Origin: Tubiluchus corallicola
Lineage: Eukaryota > Animalia > Priapulida
Direction: 5' to 3'
Length of the DNA: 64,000 nucleotides
Assembly: GCA_030141605.1 (NCBI GenBank)
Contig: JAQGDQ010000323.1
Coordinates: forward strand, 205,443 to 269,442
The notes below the pieces were generated by a model, which saw only the letters and a program-made list of their open reading frames with translations, was not told where the DNA came from and did not search any database. A program made the translations under genes and the position numbers. Below are positions 34,401 through 56,721 of this stretch, in pieces (positions within the stretch are counted from its first letter, which is position 1; every line of letters begins with the position of its first letter).

Positions 34401-37400
34401 TCAGTTCTACTGTTCTAGCTGTGCTGACGCAATCAGAATGATCACGTGACCGGGGATTGTTCGGCGCGCACGAGTCTGCAGGAGACGAGTGTAAAAGGGC
34501 GGACATGCTTGTTTAGATTACTAGTGCTATAAAAGGTTTCGTTAGCGTCTTTGTTTGTGAAATTGTCGTAGAAGTTTTTGTTTCACACCGCAAGTTGTGT
34601 AATACAGAAGATATCAATATACAAATATTTGTGGCAAGTTCGACTGTTTTACGATTTTCGATATTACAAGTAAATTATAGATAATTAGCGCTGAAGTGGC
34701 GAAGTGGCAGGGCATCGCCACACTAGCCAATGGGTGAAATTTAATTTGTACAATATTCGTAAATTTAGATCTGCGTATAAAACTGCTGTTAGAATTTTTT
34801 TTAATTATGAATATGGCACTAGAGCTTCGTATGTGTGTGCAATGAACCGTATATAGTATATCTGGTCAAGAATCAATGAGAATCAATCAATGTGATAATT
34901 TCATTATTACTGGTTTTATTAATTTATGTGGCGTACGATACAGATCAAACTTCGTGTAGCACTGGTCGCAGGTACTTTTATCAGGTTCAATTATATAACC
35001 TCTGCGTCTAGGATAACTTTTACTTTGTATGTAATTTTTTACCCTAATATCAAATCTTATGTGTCTTTCTAATTATAGATTTTTAACATTGTATGCTATA
35101 ATTTTAATTTTATTGTATGTGTGTATATATTTGTGTATGGCTTTTAGCTGAAATAAACTGATAAATTAAAAAAAATATTTCAAACGACCTATCCCCAAGA
35201 CAATTAGATTTATGTATATACTTAAAATGGTTTTCTTGTAATAGTATTTTGTTTCCATAACACCAGTTCTCATTAAGCCAGACAAACGATGCTTAGAACC
35301 TCACGACCTCAAGACAACCCATATTGTTTCTTGTTACACATTTTTCCTGTTTTTGGCTATATATTAATAGAGCTTGCAACCAATGGCAAATTAACTGTGG
35401 ACATACGTCTATAATAATTTCTTTAATACTTATTATTGCAGATATTCTGTAAACCTTGGAGAGCAAAATAACACGTTCATTCACATTACAAACAGCCATG
35501 TCAATGCTAAGAATAAACGTTCGAAAATGGAATTTAGATTGTTTCCACTGGATCAATATGCATGGTAAGTGTTGGTTTTATGGCATTTCTATCATTGTGT
35601 TGCATTCATTCGCCATAACATGGACCAGTATTCTCCAAAATTAGCCTTGGACCAACAACTAAGTTTCACGTATTGGTACCATCTCAGGGTGAAATTTTCA
35701 TTGTAATTTTTTCTTATACATCTTTAGGTTACATTCCTATGTTACAGACCTTGCCAAATGGTAGTTTATTACCGGTATGATTTCTGGGCCCACACCTGAA
35801 AAGCCAGGTTAGTGCAAATTTAGTGCAAGGATGAGACTAAACAATGTTGCAGCCGTATAGGCATAAAACATTTACTTAGTTTAGTAAACATGATAATCAA
35901 CTGCATAGTAACAGAAAGAAATTGAAAAGCCAATCATGGCGTATTGTTGGCATCCTTCCGTCTCGGAAGACAATGGAATGTGCGCCAAGAGAGTCAGTTA
36001 TTGATCACATTGATGGAGCTGCAGTGTCAACTGTGGCTGAGCAGTGCGATCCTTGAACGTCTCCAGGGCGCACGCCTGGGCAAGGTGTATGGAGATCCTA
36101 AGTTGCCCAGACAGCAGGAACCCCCTCTCTTCCTCCCTGGTGTAGTCCAAAGGAAAGTGGAGCGATACGTTTGGCACCAGGTTGGCTGTAGGAGCTGCCG
36201 GAGTCAGTGAGCATGTTGCACTGTTCTGCCTTCGGGGCTCCACTCGTGATTTGGAAGGTTTACTCTTCTACACATGGCCGTTGGGTCACTTGATCTCCTC
36301 CGCCCTCTAGCCGTTGGCTGCTTGTGCAGCTCCTCCACCTAGTGTCGAGATACAGTGTGCGCATCCCGCAAGCCAACAGCACCTGGTATTTCTAAGCGGT
36401 CACCCGTCCAAGTACTAACCAGGCTTTACGTTGCTTAACTTCGGCGATGAGACGAGAACCGGTGTTTTCCACGTGATATGGCCGTTCATGGCATATACTA
36501 ACCTAAAAATAGTCACTAAAACGTATTTATTGAGACCTAGTTTATTTTTATTTTCCTATTGTAAACCTTTCTTTGCGGAGTGTATTACTCTAGACACTGC
36601 TGTACAAAATTTCAGTATTAGTAGTTACTTAGAGTTGGGCAGTAACTGGGCCTGAGGCCTCTTGTGAAGTATAAATAATTGCTTAAAAATTTTGCTCATA
36701 TTGATGTGCACTTGCATTTTAGTTTCATTACAGTCCAGTATTACCACAGTGATTATTAAAATAGTATATTGCATAATGTTTGTAGGATAATTATGGCCCA
36801 TTGACGCTTTCACATTCGATTGTAGCCAAGAATGTTTTAACATTCAAATTTGGTGCATCAATTTAATTTTATAAGCTCGAAAATCATTCCAACTTTTGCA
36901 ACAAAAATGCCTGTTACATTTGCACAAGATCAGATGACGTGCTTATGTCGGCTAATATAAATGTCCGATATGAGTTAGCCTTAGCAACCAGTAGTTTGTG
37001 GCCTTTTCATGAACGCCAAATGCCATCAAGCCTAGCTTACGATATATGACTAACAAAGTAAGTAAGTTAAATTAGTCACATAAACTGGTTGCCGCGGTAA
37101 TTGGCATTGACAGCAAAGTTAGATTTAAAAAATACTTAGCGAAAACTTTAGCTATGATCACTTCATGAACTGGCAACATCCTAATATGCAGGAGGAGCAT
37201 CAGTTGCTATGGTGAAGATTGTTTACCTTAACAACTGCACATACACAGCAGCACTAAATATCATTAAATACATATGCCTGTCCTGCTATTATATTATTAA
37301 TATTTTCTAGCAGAAAACTCTCTGAAACTTGCATTTAGCACAAAAAGTCATTATTTATAGGTATTGCATCTGAAGTGAGTGTATAAATACGCTTAACTAG

Positions 37401-40400
37401 CAATTTCAACTGATGACAAGGTTGTTATAAGTTTCTGAGAGTCACAGTCACACCTGCATGATACCATACAAGAGATACCCACAAGTCTGCAACTGCATTT
37501 ACTTTTGTAGCCTTCTTTTATAGTTGCAAATCACAAATTCTGTTATACTCTCCGGAGTGGAGGTATTGTTATTCATTAACTGAGGTGTTACTGCCCCAGG
37601 CCGGATTCAGGGTAAGGATACCCTTTTCGGGGTAAGGGTATTCAAATACTTTCTATGGGGTCGTCCAAGTAATGGACTTTTGTGCCAGTAAGAAACTACT
37701 CTTTATCAAGGTGAGTCATCTAGAAATATAACCTAGAGATGTCTAAAAATAGAAACTTGCAACCAGAATTTGCTCTTCGAGATGATACTGATAACTGGAT
37801 AAGGGATTATTGGATTGATTAGTAAATACACACAGAATCACGAAAATTGCACCACATTTCGTTGACAAATATTGGTCCTATTTGTTTTTTAGTACCCTGT
37901 CTAAATTTCAGGAGCCTTCGAACATTCTGGCTATATTTGAAAAGAGTTGGGATTAACACACAATCGTTGTGGGAAACAATGCAAGACCAAGTCATAAAAC
38001 AAATCATCAGGTGGGTTTATAATATGTGACACCTTTGCTATCCCAAACGCACGATAAGTTCTTAATTTGCGCAATCGAACAAAGTTATCTTGCTGATGCC
38101 ATTCGGTTACATTTTATGCCAAACATATTTTACTTTATCGAGAAACTGAGTCATAAATTGTTTGCAGTTTGCTATTGACGTTTTTTTGGTTACGTAAAAT
38201 TAAGTAAATTAAAATGACACGAGTTTGCATTCATTCCAGCTAGCTGAAGGAGAATTGCTCTGCAAGGAAGGCTTGATCACAACAAAGTAACAAGCCGAAG
38301 TTCATAACTGTCTCTTTGCCTTTTGAAACTATAACGATTATTCCAACTTTTTGCAGCTTTGAAAGTGTTCTCTACAAGATGGTCAACACATGGTCCTCCA
38401 ATCCACATGCTTTCTATGAACTCTATGGAGCTGATTTTATGATGGACGACAAACTGAATCTTTGGTTGTTAGAATTCAATCATTATCCTGGGTAAGTAAA
38501 ACCGACAGCTGGGAAATGCTTCACAATAGTAGGGGCACTTGCTTCAGAAGCATATCATCCAAGCAAGAGTTAAACGTTTCAACTTTTGTTCACTTTAATT
38601 AACTGTGTGCAAAATCCCCTTAGATCTTAACAGGCACGAGAAGGTTTTTGACGGGATTAAAGCCGAGAATGAGGATCCAAAGTATATATACGTTGTATGT
38701 TTCTTTCCTAGACCTTCGATCAGTATGTCACATGAAAGCTTGCAAAGAGACAAATAAATGGCATTTGTTGTCCAGTGGTCTTTGCAAATGCAATAATTTT
38801 AACCTCAGTACATACTAGGGATTGTACCACAGTGAGTAGGACAATTTTAAATCCTATTTTTTGGATTAGCAAGTTGGCCTTTCTACTGATTAAGATAATG
38901 ACTAATTGTCGTTGTTTTCTCACATTAAATAGTTTATCTGCGACTACAGCGCTATCTAAAAGTGTTGCTGAACCGATTGCGCAAGATGTTTTTAACATTG
39001 CTGGACATCGGCTACCGAAACAGTCTTCATCTGGAATATCTCCATTCAGTTTAGCCACCCTACGGTGAGTCTTAAATTATTTTCTAGTATTTCTAGACTT
39101 TTCATGTCACTTTTGAAATTCTGGTCATGCAAACACTATTTCGTCATTAAAGTTATTTAGCGGGGAGCTTTTAAATCTTAACTCGTTTATTTAGTGTTTC
39201 GGTTTTATTATGTTTGTGTTACGTGTTGAAGCTATCGAAGTACTTTATGAATAACAACTGTTGAAATAAGATTACCAACATAGTAGCAAGTCTAAACGTG
39301 CAACAGTTTAAGACCAGTATGTGAATAGAAATCCTACTCAGAGTCAGTATTAGAACGGGTGGTAGGACAATTACCTAAAATAGCAAAATATAACAACAAA
39401 TAACAACATATTCAATACAATTGCGCAATAGTATTGCGAAATAACGAAATACTGGCTTATCTAAAATTTATGGAGAATCATATACTAAATAAAGCTCAAT
39501 TTAATAATCATAGTCAATATTCAATTACATAAGCGAACGAACAGATGTTTGTCCACGTCAATTTCTCTAGCTAACACAGAAACAGGGAGAATGTGGGCGA
39601 TTATTTTCATCGAAAGACACAATGCATCGTACTCCTTCAATTAGTGGTGTTAGTGGCTGATTTAACTGTTTGTAGCGTGTTGGGAAACATCTCGGGTGGA
39701 AGAATCTTAATGAACATTTCTGAGGGTTCCACCATAAGTCAAATCGTCATAACATCTCGGGGTTTGAGAGCATAGACCTAGGTTATCCTTTCGGACTACG
39801 AGCACGCTGTCAAAAACTACGCTTCTCGGGTAAAAGTGTTTATTCATGGTTACAAATATCTTTCCTAAACCTATTTTTATAGTGTACATTTAACTCTATG
39901 TACACTAGTTTTGTATTGAAACAAACCAACTGTGTTGAAGCGTGACTTTCTTGGCTGAGGTAAAAACTAGTAAAATAATTATCAACCACTGGCCACTGTA
40001 ACCCTATCCTAACACATATTTTACTAAGTGTGTCATTTTTTCCTGTGCCGTTTTTACAAACGTTTGTGTTTGTGCCATTTTACCGTGCTATTTTTTCCTG
40101 TGCCATTTTTACCTATCACTTTCTTCCGGTTCGAACTCGTCAGTTGGGCCCAGGGCTATTAAACCCGTACTGACCCGGTTTCCAGGTTTTTTTTTATAAT
40201 AATTTGTAAAGTTAAAAATAATCACTGATTTACACTCATTAACCTGAATTTCAGAAGTTATGCATAATACATATCACTACACCTAATTATAGGCCAAATA
40301 TGCTTATTTGCATAGGCAGTTAGTTAAGGCATTTAGCGAACATGGTATAACCAAAAAATAAGTAGACGAATGCATTAATGGATGATGAAGCTGACGACGA

Positions 40401-42931
40401 CAACGATGATGATGACGACGGCGATGATGATGACGACGGCGATGATGAAAATGATGCTGAAGATGATAATGATGGTCACGATGATGATGACGACGAAATA
40501 CATAACTGCGATATGTTGATGATTATGAAAGTTAAATAAATTGATTGTAATTTCCGAAGAAGCTGCATTAGCAAAACACCAATGCATAGTGGATATTTTT
40601 TGTTTGTAAAAAAAACTTGTCGGATTTTTCGTGGCTTCATTATAAATCACTAAAAGATTTACTGACCGACCAGCCCAAACAAAAGTCAATCAATTAGAAA
40701 GAAAAGCAAGCAAGCAAGCATGTAGGCGTACAAACGAACAATTTGCTTAATATTTGCAATTATGATTTACGTTCTTGACGTATCAAACTGGGTCATTCGG
40801 GCCAGGGCATCGGTATCAGTAGGGTCACGTCCAGTGACCCAGTTCCAACTCTGATTATTATCAGTGTCTACACCCAAGCTTGTTCTGCCCTGACCTTTGG
40901 CAATGCACCTGACGTTCGGCTTTTGTGGTTTCTGTCTAGAGTCGATATTTGTGACTCACTCTTGCGTCGGCATAGTTTGAGTTCCGTGATTTATGCTTCA
41001 ACTCATCTTGGGCTGCTAATGGATTAATGAACAGCAGACGAAAATGCCATAGACAAAGCTTTTTTTCTGGAAAGTTACCACCCATTTACTGACCAAGCTG
41101 GTGTTGCTTAACTTTGTTGCTTGCTAGGCCCATATCGTCACCACTCAAGTATATCTGCGCATCCATTTCTGAGTCTTACTTCACGTTGTGTTAACTTTAA
41201 TTCATTTTTTGTTTTAACTTTTTTTCATTTTTCTTGTCTAGGAATTCGTCTGTTTTATCTAATGGATTTGTAGGACCTGTCTTTCAGCCGCCATCTTTGT
41301 TAGACTCTACTCTAACAGCGCGTGAAAAACGAAAGCGTTTATTTTTTACGACAAAAGTTATGTCAGAGGTAAGAGTTACACGTAATTTTTTGTTACGAAA
41401 GAGATACTAGTTATACGTAATTTTGCTACAAAAGAAGTATGTGTTATACATAAATTTGTTATAAAAGAGGTACGAGTTACATTACTATGTTATAAATTAT
41501 ACGAACTTCACGTACTAAAAAGACAAGAGTTTCACAAAAAGATACGAGTTACTAAGAATTTTGTTGTAAAAATACTACGAATTTCACATAATTTTGTTAC
41601 GAAAAGGTTCGAGTCACGCGTAAGTTTGTTACGAAAACCGTTACACGTAGCTTTATTACAAGACAGATACGAGTTACACTTAATTTTGCAGAAAAAAAGA
41701 ATGATAAATTCTTTTATAAAAGAGGTATGATTTACTCGTAATTTTGTTACGGAAAACATTTCATTTTTTCAGAATGTGAGCTCAACTATTCTAGATGATC
41801 TCACACCAGCTGATGTACGTGAACTTGTAGAAGCAGAAGATGAGTATCAGAGACGTGGAGGTTTTCAGCGCATCTTTCCTAGTCTGACATCTCATAAATA
41901 CTTCAAATATTTTGAGCGAACACGCTACAGTAATTTGCTTCTAGACGCCTGGACGAAAAAGTACCATCATCAGCTACAGAAAGGTAACATTCTACATCAG
42001 TTTATATGTCTGAGAACCGACGTTCTGGACCTCAGTGACATCCAATGTACTCGATTTTCTTGAGGGAGATTGTGGGCTATATTTTGCAAGTGGGTTTTAC
42101 TAAGATGCAAAAATGGAACTCCTGCTTTTCCATGAGGCCAAGTGAAATTACCAGTATCAAAGTAGGCTAATTAAGACGTTGCCTTCGCTGTTGCCTATCC
42201 AGTGCGGAGAACTCGAACACCCACCAGAAGTACCGACAAAGCTGTTGCTGATTAACCGAAGCATGTGCTAGTTTGCGACAAAGCAAGCAAGATGTATACT
42301 TCAATTGCTTTGTTGGTTGCTCTCTTGTGAAACTAGTACATACTTTTCATCAGTAAGCCTTTTCACAGTTTCGTTGTGCACATGCTAACTTGCTGTAGGT
42401 CAAAGGTTAAGTGTGCCACAGCAACGCGTCTTAACTACAACCGTTACGTGACATGTGTGTAAACCAAAGCCGTTTGTCACATCAGTTCAGTAACTTCAGT
42501 TGTTTTACCTGGACTCTACTTAATTATGCATTAGTCTGTGCGTAGAGTGACTTAACAGCAGGATCTTGTTTGAGAACAAGAAAAAATAAACTAGGTAAGG
42601 TTCTAGCTAGCTGTTAAAACTGTTATTGTTACAATAGCTCTGGCTGCGAGGCGAGAAATGAGTTGTCTGGTACACTTAACCTTTGAACTTTTCACGATCG
42701 TCATCAATCGCTGGAACTGTGAAGACGCCTCTTAGCAGCAGGTCTATAGACTTTTTGGGCTCAGATGATCATACATATGCAGTTACTTAGAAGAAGACAA
42801 TCACACTGTTTTTTGCATTAACAGACTTTTTATAATTTCCAGGTTGGCAACTATTAGAAGAATTCTGCAGGCAAGGAATACATCTTCTGGATGAAAACTT
42901 TCACTTCAAAACAAGTTTATTAACATCATAA
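25429..42931 (+). CDS. TTLL4-like (tubulin-tyrosine-ligase-like, ATP-grasp) protein, 14 exons, 575 aa, with putative N-terminal signal peptide
   Basis: Exons 25429-25489, 27297-27449, 28483-28590, 31211-31287, 32022-32219, 32791-32876, 33910-34038, 35442-35564, 37912-38010, 38357-38491, 38933-39064, 41242-41368, 41773-41983, 42843-42931 join in frame (1728 nt). TTLL4-type motifs: [118 protein letters not shown]. Exon 1 is less certain than the rest. Confidence 0.9.
26085..26150 (-). mobile_element. Degenerate tRNA-derived SINE head
   Basis: Reverse complement has an A-box-like TGGCCTAGCGG and a B-box-like GGTTCAAGTCC. Confidence 0.45.
28273..28392. repeat. 28-bp tandem repeat (~4 copies) TGCTGCAGAACACAATCATCCTGTGCTG
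   Basis: Directly visible; intronic, upstream of TTLL exon 3. Confidence 0.9.
31366..31645 (-). mobile_element. Two tRNA-derived SINE heads (31366-31436 and ~31587-31645)
   Basis: Reverse complement GGTGTAGTGG (A box)..CCGGAAAGCA..GGATTCGAGTCC or GGTTCGAGTCC (B box); acceptor and anticodon stems pair poorly, so not called as tRNA. Confidence 0.55.
32267..32623. mobile_element. MITE-like element
   Basis: Ends AAGTCTATGATA and TATCGTAGGCTT are inverted repeats; internal GCGTCTGG/CCAGACGC sub-repeats. Confidence 0.5.
35870..36492 (-). mobile_element. 5S rRNA-derived SINE (SINE3-like): 5S head at 36492-36372 followed by a GC-richer ~500-bp body
   Basis: Reverse complement ACGGCCATATCACGTGGAAAACACCGGTTCTCGTCTCATCGCCGAAGTTAAGCAACG..GTTAGTACTTGGACGGGTGACCGCTTAGAAATACCAGGTGCTGTTGGC is a diverged full-length eukaryotic 5S; no oligo-T terminator follows. 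The 3' boundary is approximate. Confidence 0.75.
41368..41757. repeat. Degenerate ~31-bp tandem repeat filling TTLL intron 12
   Basis: Recurring ACGAGTTAC.CGTAATTTTGTTACGAAAAGAG-like units. Confidence 0.75.
42355..42730 (+). mobile_element. MITE family copy A
   Basis: Starts AAGCCTTTTCACAGTT and ends AACTGTGAAGACGCCT; aligns along its length, reverse-complemented, to 49052-49438. Confidence 0.8.
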
Positions 42932-43895
42932 ATGGTGTCAGCAGACAACAAAAATTTGCTCACAGTAGTAATTGAAACTATAACGTTACTTTAAGACAGA
43001 TAATCGTATATAAAATTTATTTCTTATATATGCATAGTTTCTTATAATTGAAATTCTGAAACGCAAACGCTTATAGTTTCATAGACTCAGTCGTGATCTA
43101 CTCCGTGTCTAAATCAGATTAAACCATATAGAATGTATTTACACAGCTATGTAATGTACATTTGTATATGCTAAATTGCCAATAGTCGAGAATTACAACT
43201 TACACAACGTTACAATAGTAATGCTATCTAGCAAAGATTTCCAGACTAAGCTTCAAATGCGTTGAAAGGTTTAAAGTCGCAAAACTTTAGTATCTGTAGC
43301 AAAGTTTGCCAATGTTATTGACCTTTAGAACTACTTACGTCATGTTTGTTTTGATTATAAGATTTCCAGACTAAGTTTGCAATCCAAACAAACATGACGT
43401 GTTTCTGCAGAATAACACTAGTAAACCTTGTTATTACTAGATACTAAAGTTTTATGCGTCCCAACTCTAACATCAACGCACCTCTAATGTTAACAGCTTC
43501 TTTCTCTGAATGATAAGATGTTCAAATTTCAAGATTTCTCCAGATTTGCAGCAGAAAGTAAAGTTAATTTTATGAAAGCATTTGTATTACTGTTAAGTAA
43601 AGTTTGCAATAGCACAGGCTTATTAACTATTCAGCCACAACAGACAGAAAAAGCACGTGGTCAGAGATAAATTTATTTGGGTAACTGCTACATGATGCTT
43701 AACTGAAATATCAGCATTTAATCTTTTCATTGCATGGTTTATGTTGAAATACGTTGAACGGTTCAATTGGCGCATATTCACTTTATACATTCGTTTTTAA
43801 TTCCCAATAATGCGAACTATCCCCCTGCAAATGTCAGGTTCATTTAATAAATAACAATAGGTATTGATTTCACCCAAAAGTACAGTTACGTAAAT

Positions 43896-44704
43896 TTAGT
43901 TAATAGAGTATAAGAATACAAGTGCAAGTGCACACAGGGAGTAGGGTGTTTGTGTTTTAAATGCACTTCCCTTTTCTACACATGGTGACTTGTACTTGTC
44001 TGGCAAACCATCTCCATCATTGCAGAGGTCTGTATTGCATTTTGTTCTGCAAGTGCATCGTAGTCCACCTTGCTCGAAGCTGCATTCTCCATAGCTCGGA
44101 TCTGGCACTGCGCATAGTCTGCCAAATGAGTTACTTTCATACTCCCCACTGTCTCCTAACGAAATAATGATAATATTTTCCATTAATTATTAATGATAAT
44201 AATTAACAACAAATACAAATAATTGTTATTCATTGCTACAGACGACTTACCTTGTTCATGAACGTGTGTTACTAAACACCATTTTTCGTTTTCTCCAGCG
44301 TTTACACTACAGTTTGTAATAGGTGACCCACTGGTGAAATTTGCTGGATCGTCGAGACATTCTCTGCTATGACCAACTGACCAATTGCACGTATAGCAAT
44401 CCAGGGCAACAGCTAAAATAAAAGTTCAAGAGGAAGAAAAGGGAATTTTAAAGTATATCCCAAAATTCGTAACTGAAAAAGAAAATTCTTATTAATTTAA
44501 AAAGTTGTGTGTTAAACTGGTAAAACACAGAAACATTGCTGTGTTCATCGTTATATTGTGCACGCCTGGGTATCCAAAACAACATATTACAAAAGTTTGC
44601 ACATTTTATGTACACACTCAAGCAATCGAGTAATTCTGTGCTTTCATTTCGCATTGATATATATATATTCATATATAATATAATATATATTATAATATAA
44701 TAAC

Positions 44705-44754
<50 letters not shown>

Positions 44755-44771
44755 TAATAATAATAGTAGTA

Positions 44772-44840
<69 letters not shown>

Positions 44841-45362
44841 TATATAATAGTATATAATATATAAACATACTTGTAATTTCAGCAAATAGAAAAAGTTTTA
44901 AATTTTGCATGCTACTTTGAATGTCATTAAATATAAATAAGAAATGAAAGCGGCTCGAGTATTGATCCTTGTAGGACACCATGTGCCCCTTCTTATCTTG
45001 AACTGCATTGCAACTTGAAAAAATGGTAACACTGTGATATGATCAGTACTATTTTATCATTCTGCATAAATATATAGGAAGTCATTACATCATTGTGAAA
45101 AATCTCAGAACCACAATAACACAACTTAGCTTGCTAAACGATAAAAGACAAAAAACAACAATGATTTGTTATGAAATAAAGAGAAAATCATATTTGTTGT
45201 GTTGTCGGCCTAGTGGCCATGCACTTCAAATAATTATTGGTCTGAAAAGATAGACACCATAGCTCGTGTGTCTAAGAAAGCATTTATTACTATAGGAATT
45301 TATATATACAAACCTTGTGAAACCGCTATAATCACTAATATAGCACTTTTTAAGACTTTCAT
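43896..45362 (-). CDS. Ly6/uPAR three-finger (quiver/sleepless-like) protein, secreted and probably GPI-anchored, 3 exons
   Basis: Exons 45362-45314, 44412-44251, 44155-43896 (phase-1 introns): MKVLKSAILVIIAVSQAVA-LDCYTC..C..C..C..GRLC..C..CTC..CNTDLCN, then a hydrophobic C-terminus LCALALVFLYSIN*. Confidence 0.85.
44692..44839. repeat. (AAT)n microsatellite
   Basis: Directly visible. Confidence 0.97.
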
Positions 45363-47720
45363 GCTGAAGAAGTCTTTGTTCCTAGTTCCTAGTATCTTTA
45401 GACAATTACACTACACAGAAAAATGAATCATTGTGAAACATCAACCTTCTTACGAAAGTTTATATTATTCATACATTAATCACCAACTTGGAAAAACACA
45501 TAAGCAATCTTTTCTTTATACAAACTTATCTAGAAGGAAGTTCTGGAGTTTGACCTAAGCACATAACGCCGTAAATTACGTTTAGAGCTGTCATGCATTA
45601 ATATATACATATGGGCAGATGTATCTAAATATTTACTTATACTCTATATTTCAACACTCGTTCATTTGTGCAAAACCTATAATTTATAGACTTAGCTACA
45701 GTATCTAAATACACTGTGCGAAATGCCACAGTTTAGAAGCCTAATAGTGTTATGCTTGATTGCTTTGCTTTGCTGTATTATGTATTGCGTGTAAAATTAA
45801 GAAAGCCAACCTAATATACTTGTAGCTCATGTTAAGTTTTTAATGGGTAAAGTAAGTATTGTGCATATAATTGTGATCATTTGCCGAGCTTTTTGCATGA
45901 ATCATATCTGAGTTATGACATTAAGTGTGTAGGTGTATGAGTGTTTAGGTAAAGTAAGTAAGCAGTTTTTGTCAACATAATGAAACTTGTGTGCTCTTTT
46001 GTACTACAGGAAAAGAAAATTAAGAAAAATAAATTTAACCAGTCTTTGCATAATAAGCTAATAAGTTATGTACAGTGATATAGAGAATATTGCGCATTTA
46101 CTGTTGATAACGCGAACTGCAACAGGATAGAAAGAATCTAAAGTCCTTGTGATTTTAAGACATGGTGTTTCCATTTTTCAAAATTTTAATAAAAGTTGTT
46201 TTCTTTTTATAAAGCTGTCAATGCCTGTATAAACTGACCCGGGTTATTTAGTAACACTTTTGGCGGCCTATATTAAGTTTGAAGCACTGTTATAATAAAG
46301 TAGTAATAAATTTTAGTATTGCTCGCTCGTGCAGATGTCACAAATGCTATGAACAGATTGTAAATACTAGGTAGACTACTTAGTACTAAACATGTCATTC
46401 GCTTGCTTGTCATCAAGAAAACATCTCTAGTGCTTTTAGCTCGCAATCCTCGCGTAAAGTTATAAACAAATTTAAGAAAATTTTTCCGAAAACTAGCTTA
46501 ATGGACAAGAAAAGGGGTACCTGAAGTAAGTCTCAGAAACATTGCCGCAAAAATTATGTTAGTTAGCAATTTTATGCATATATCCTACTCGCGTTGAAAA
46601 TATTTTTTTCTGTTTTTATTTTAAATCTCCCGCAATACTGTTCCGACCGAGCCATTACATGACGTCATGTACGCACAACGTAAATCAGGGGAAGAAAGGG
46701 CAATGTTAAACAAAGAGCCCTAAAAAACTTTCCTAGGCAAAATTATATTACTTAGCTTTTTTTAGCATTTCGCTTACCTGCTTGAAAGACTTATGAAACT
46801 AGAAAAGAAAATTAATTATTATTCAAAATGGGCAAAACGTCGATGACATTTTTAATCTTATGACAAGATACAGAAATTTTAAATTTTACTTAGTTTGTGA
46901 CATGTGCGCTAGAATGCTCTGACTATTTTTTAAAACTTTACTCGGTGTTATCTAATCGTGTTTCAAATTAGTGCGTGTAACGGTCATCGCGGGAGTTTAA
47001 ATTCACATGTTTTATACAGCGTTATTACCGACCAAGTCTAATATGCAAAAAGCCTGTATGTAAGTATATAAAACTTCAAGACGAATTTTTTAAGCTTTAT
47101 GTAAGTGGAGGATTTCCTTGTGCTTTAATGAATCCGTACGTACAGGTAGGAAATTTCGTAGGCACAACTTACGAAGAAAATCGTTCGCAAGAACGAATCG
47201 GCCCCTGGTTCATACCCAGTTAGAAACTGACAACATCACCCATGAATGGCTTTGCAAATCTCAGCATAAAATCAAGGTTTAGCTGGCTTTAAATTTGATT
47301 TTAGCCTGCTTGTCGTGAACTGGTTTGAGCGACCCCCGTCCAGTCATTTCAGCCTATTCTACGTAATGGCCTGTCACTGCTTCTGTAATAATTTTTCTCA
47401 TTTATACTTTTCTTAATTATCCACTAGGTGAGGAAATTCAGTTACACGTGAATAATTAGGGTAAAACGTAAATCCAACACTGGCTTATTCTGCTAAATGT
47501 TTTTATTAGAGCACCAATTCTACTACGAAAAACTTTAAATATTATATGTTCACCGATGACCAATAATTCAATACACCACTAGGAATTATATTGATTAGTG
47601 TAAATTAAACCCACACCAAGGCTGCCTAATAATAACCTAAGGTTAATCCAGTCTGTGATCCACCTGGTCGGCAATCCAGGTGAAAACTAGTGATCCAGCA
47701 TTTCCATCATAGCTTCATTA

Positions 47721-56721
<9,001 letters not shown>

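Noticed and set aside
36372-36492. Functional 5S rRNA gene
   Set aside because: Several helix-breaking substitutions, no oligo-T terminator, isolated intronic copy; better explained as a SINE head or pseudogene.
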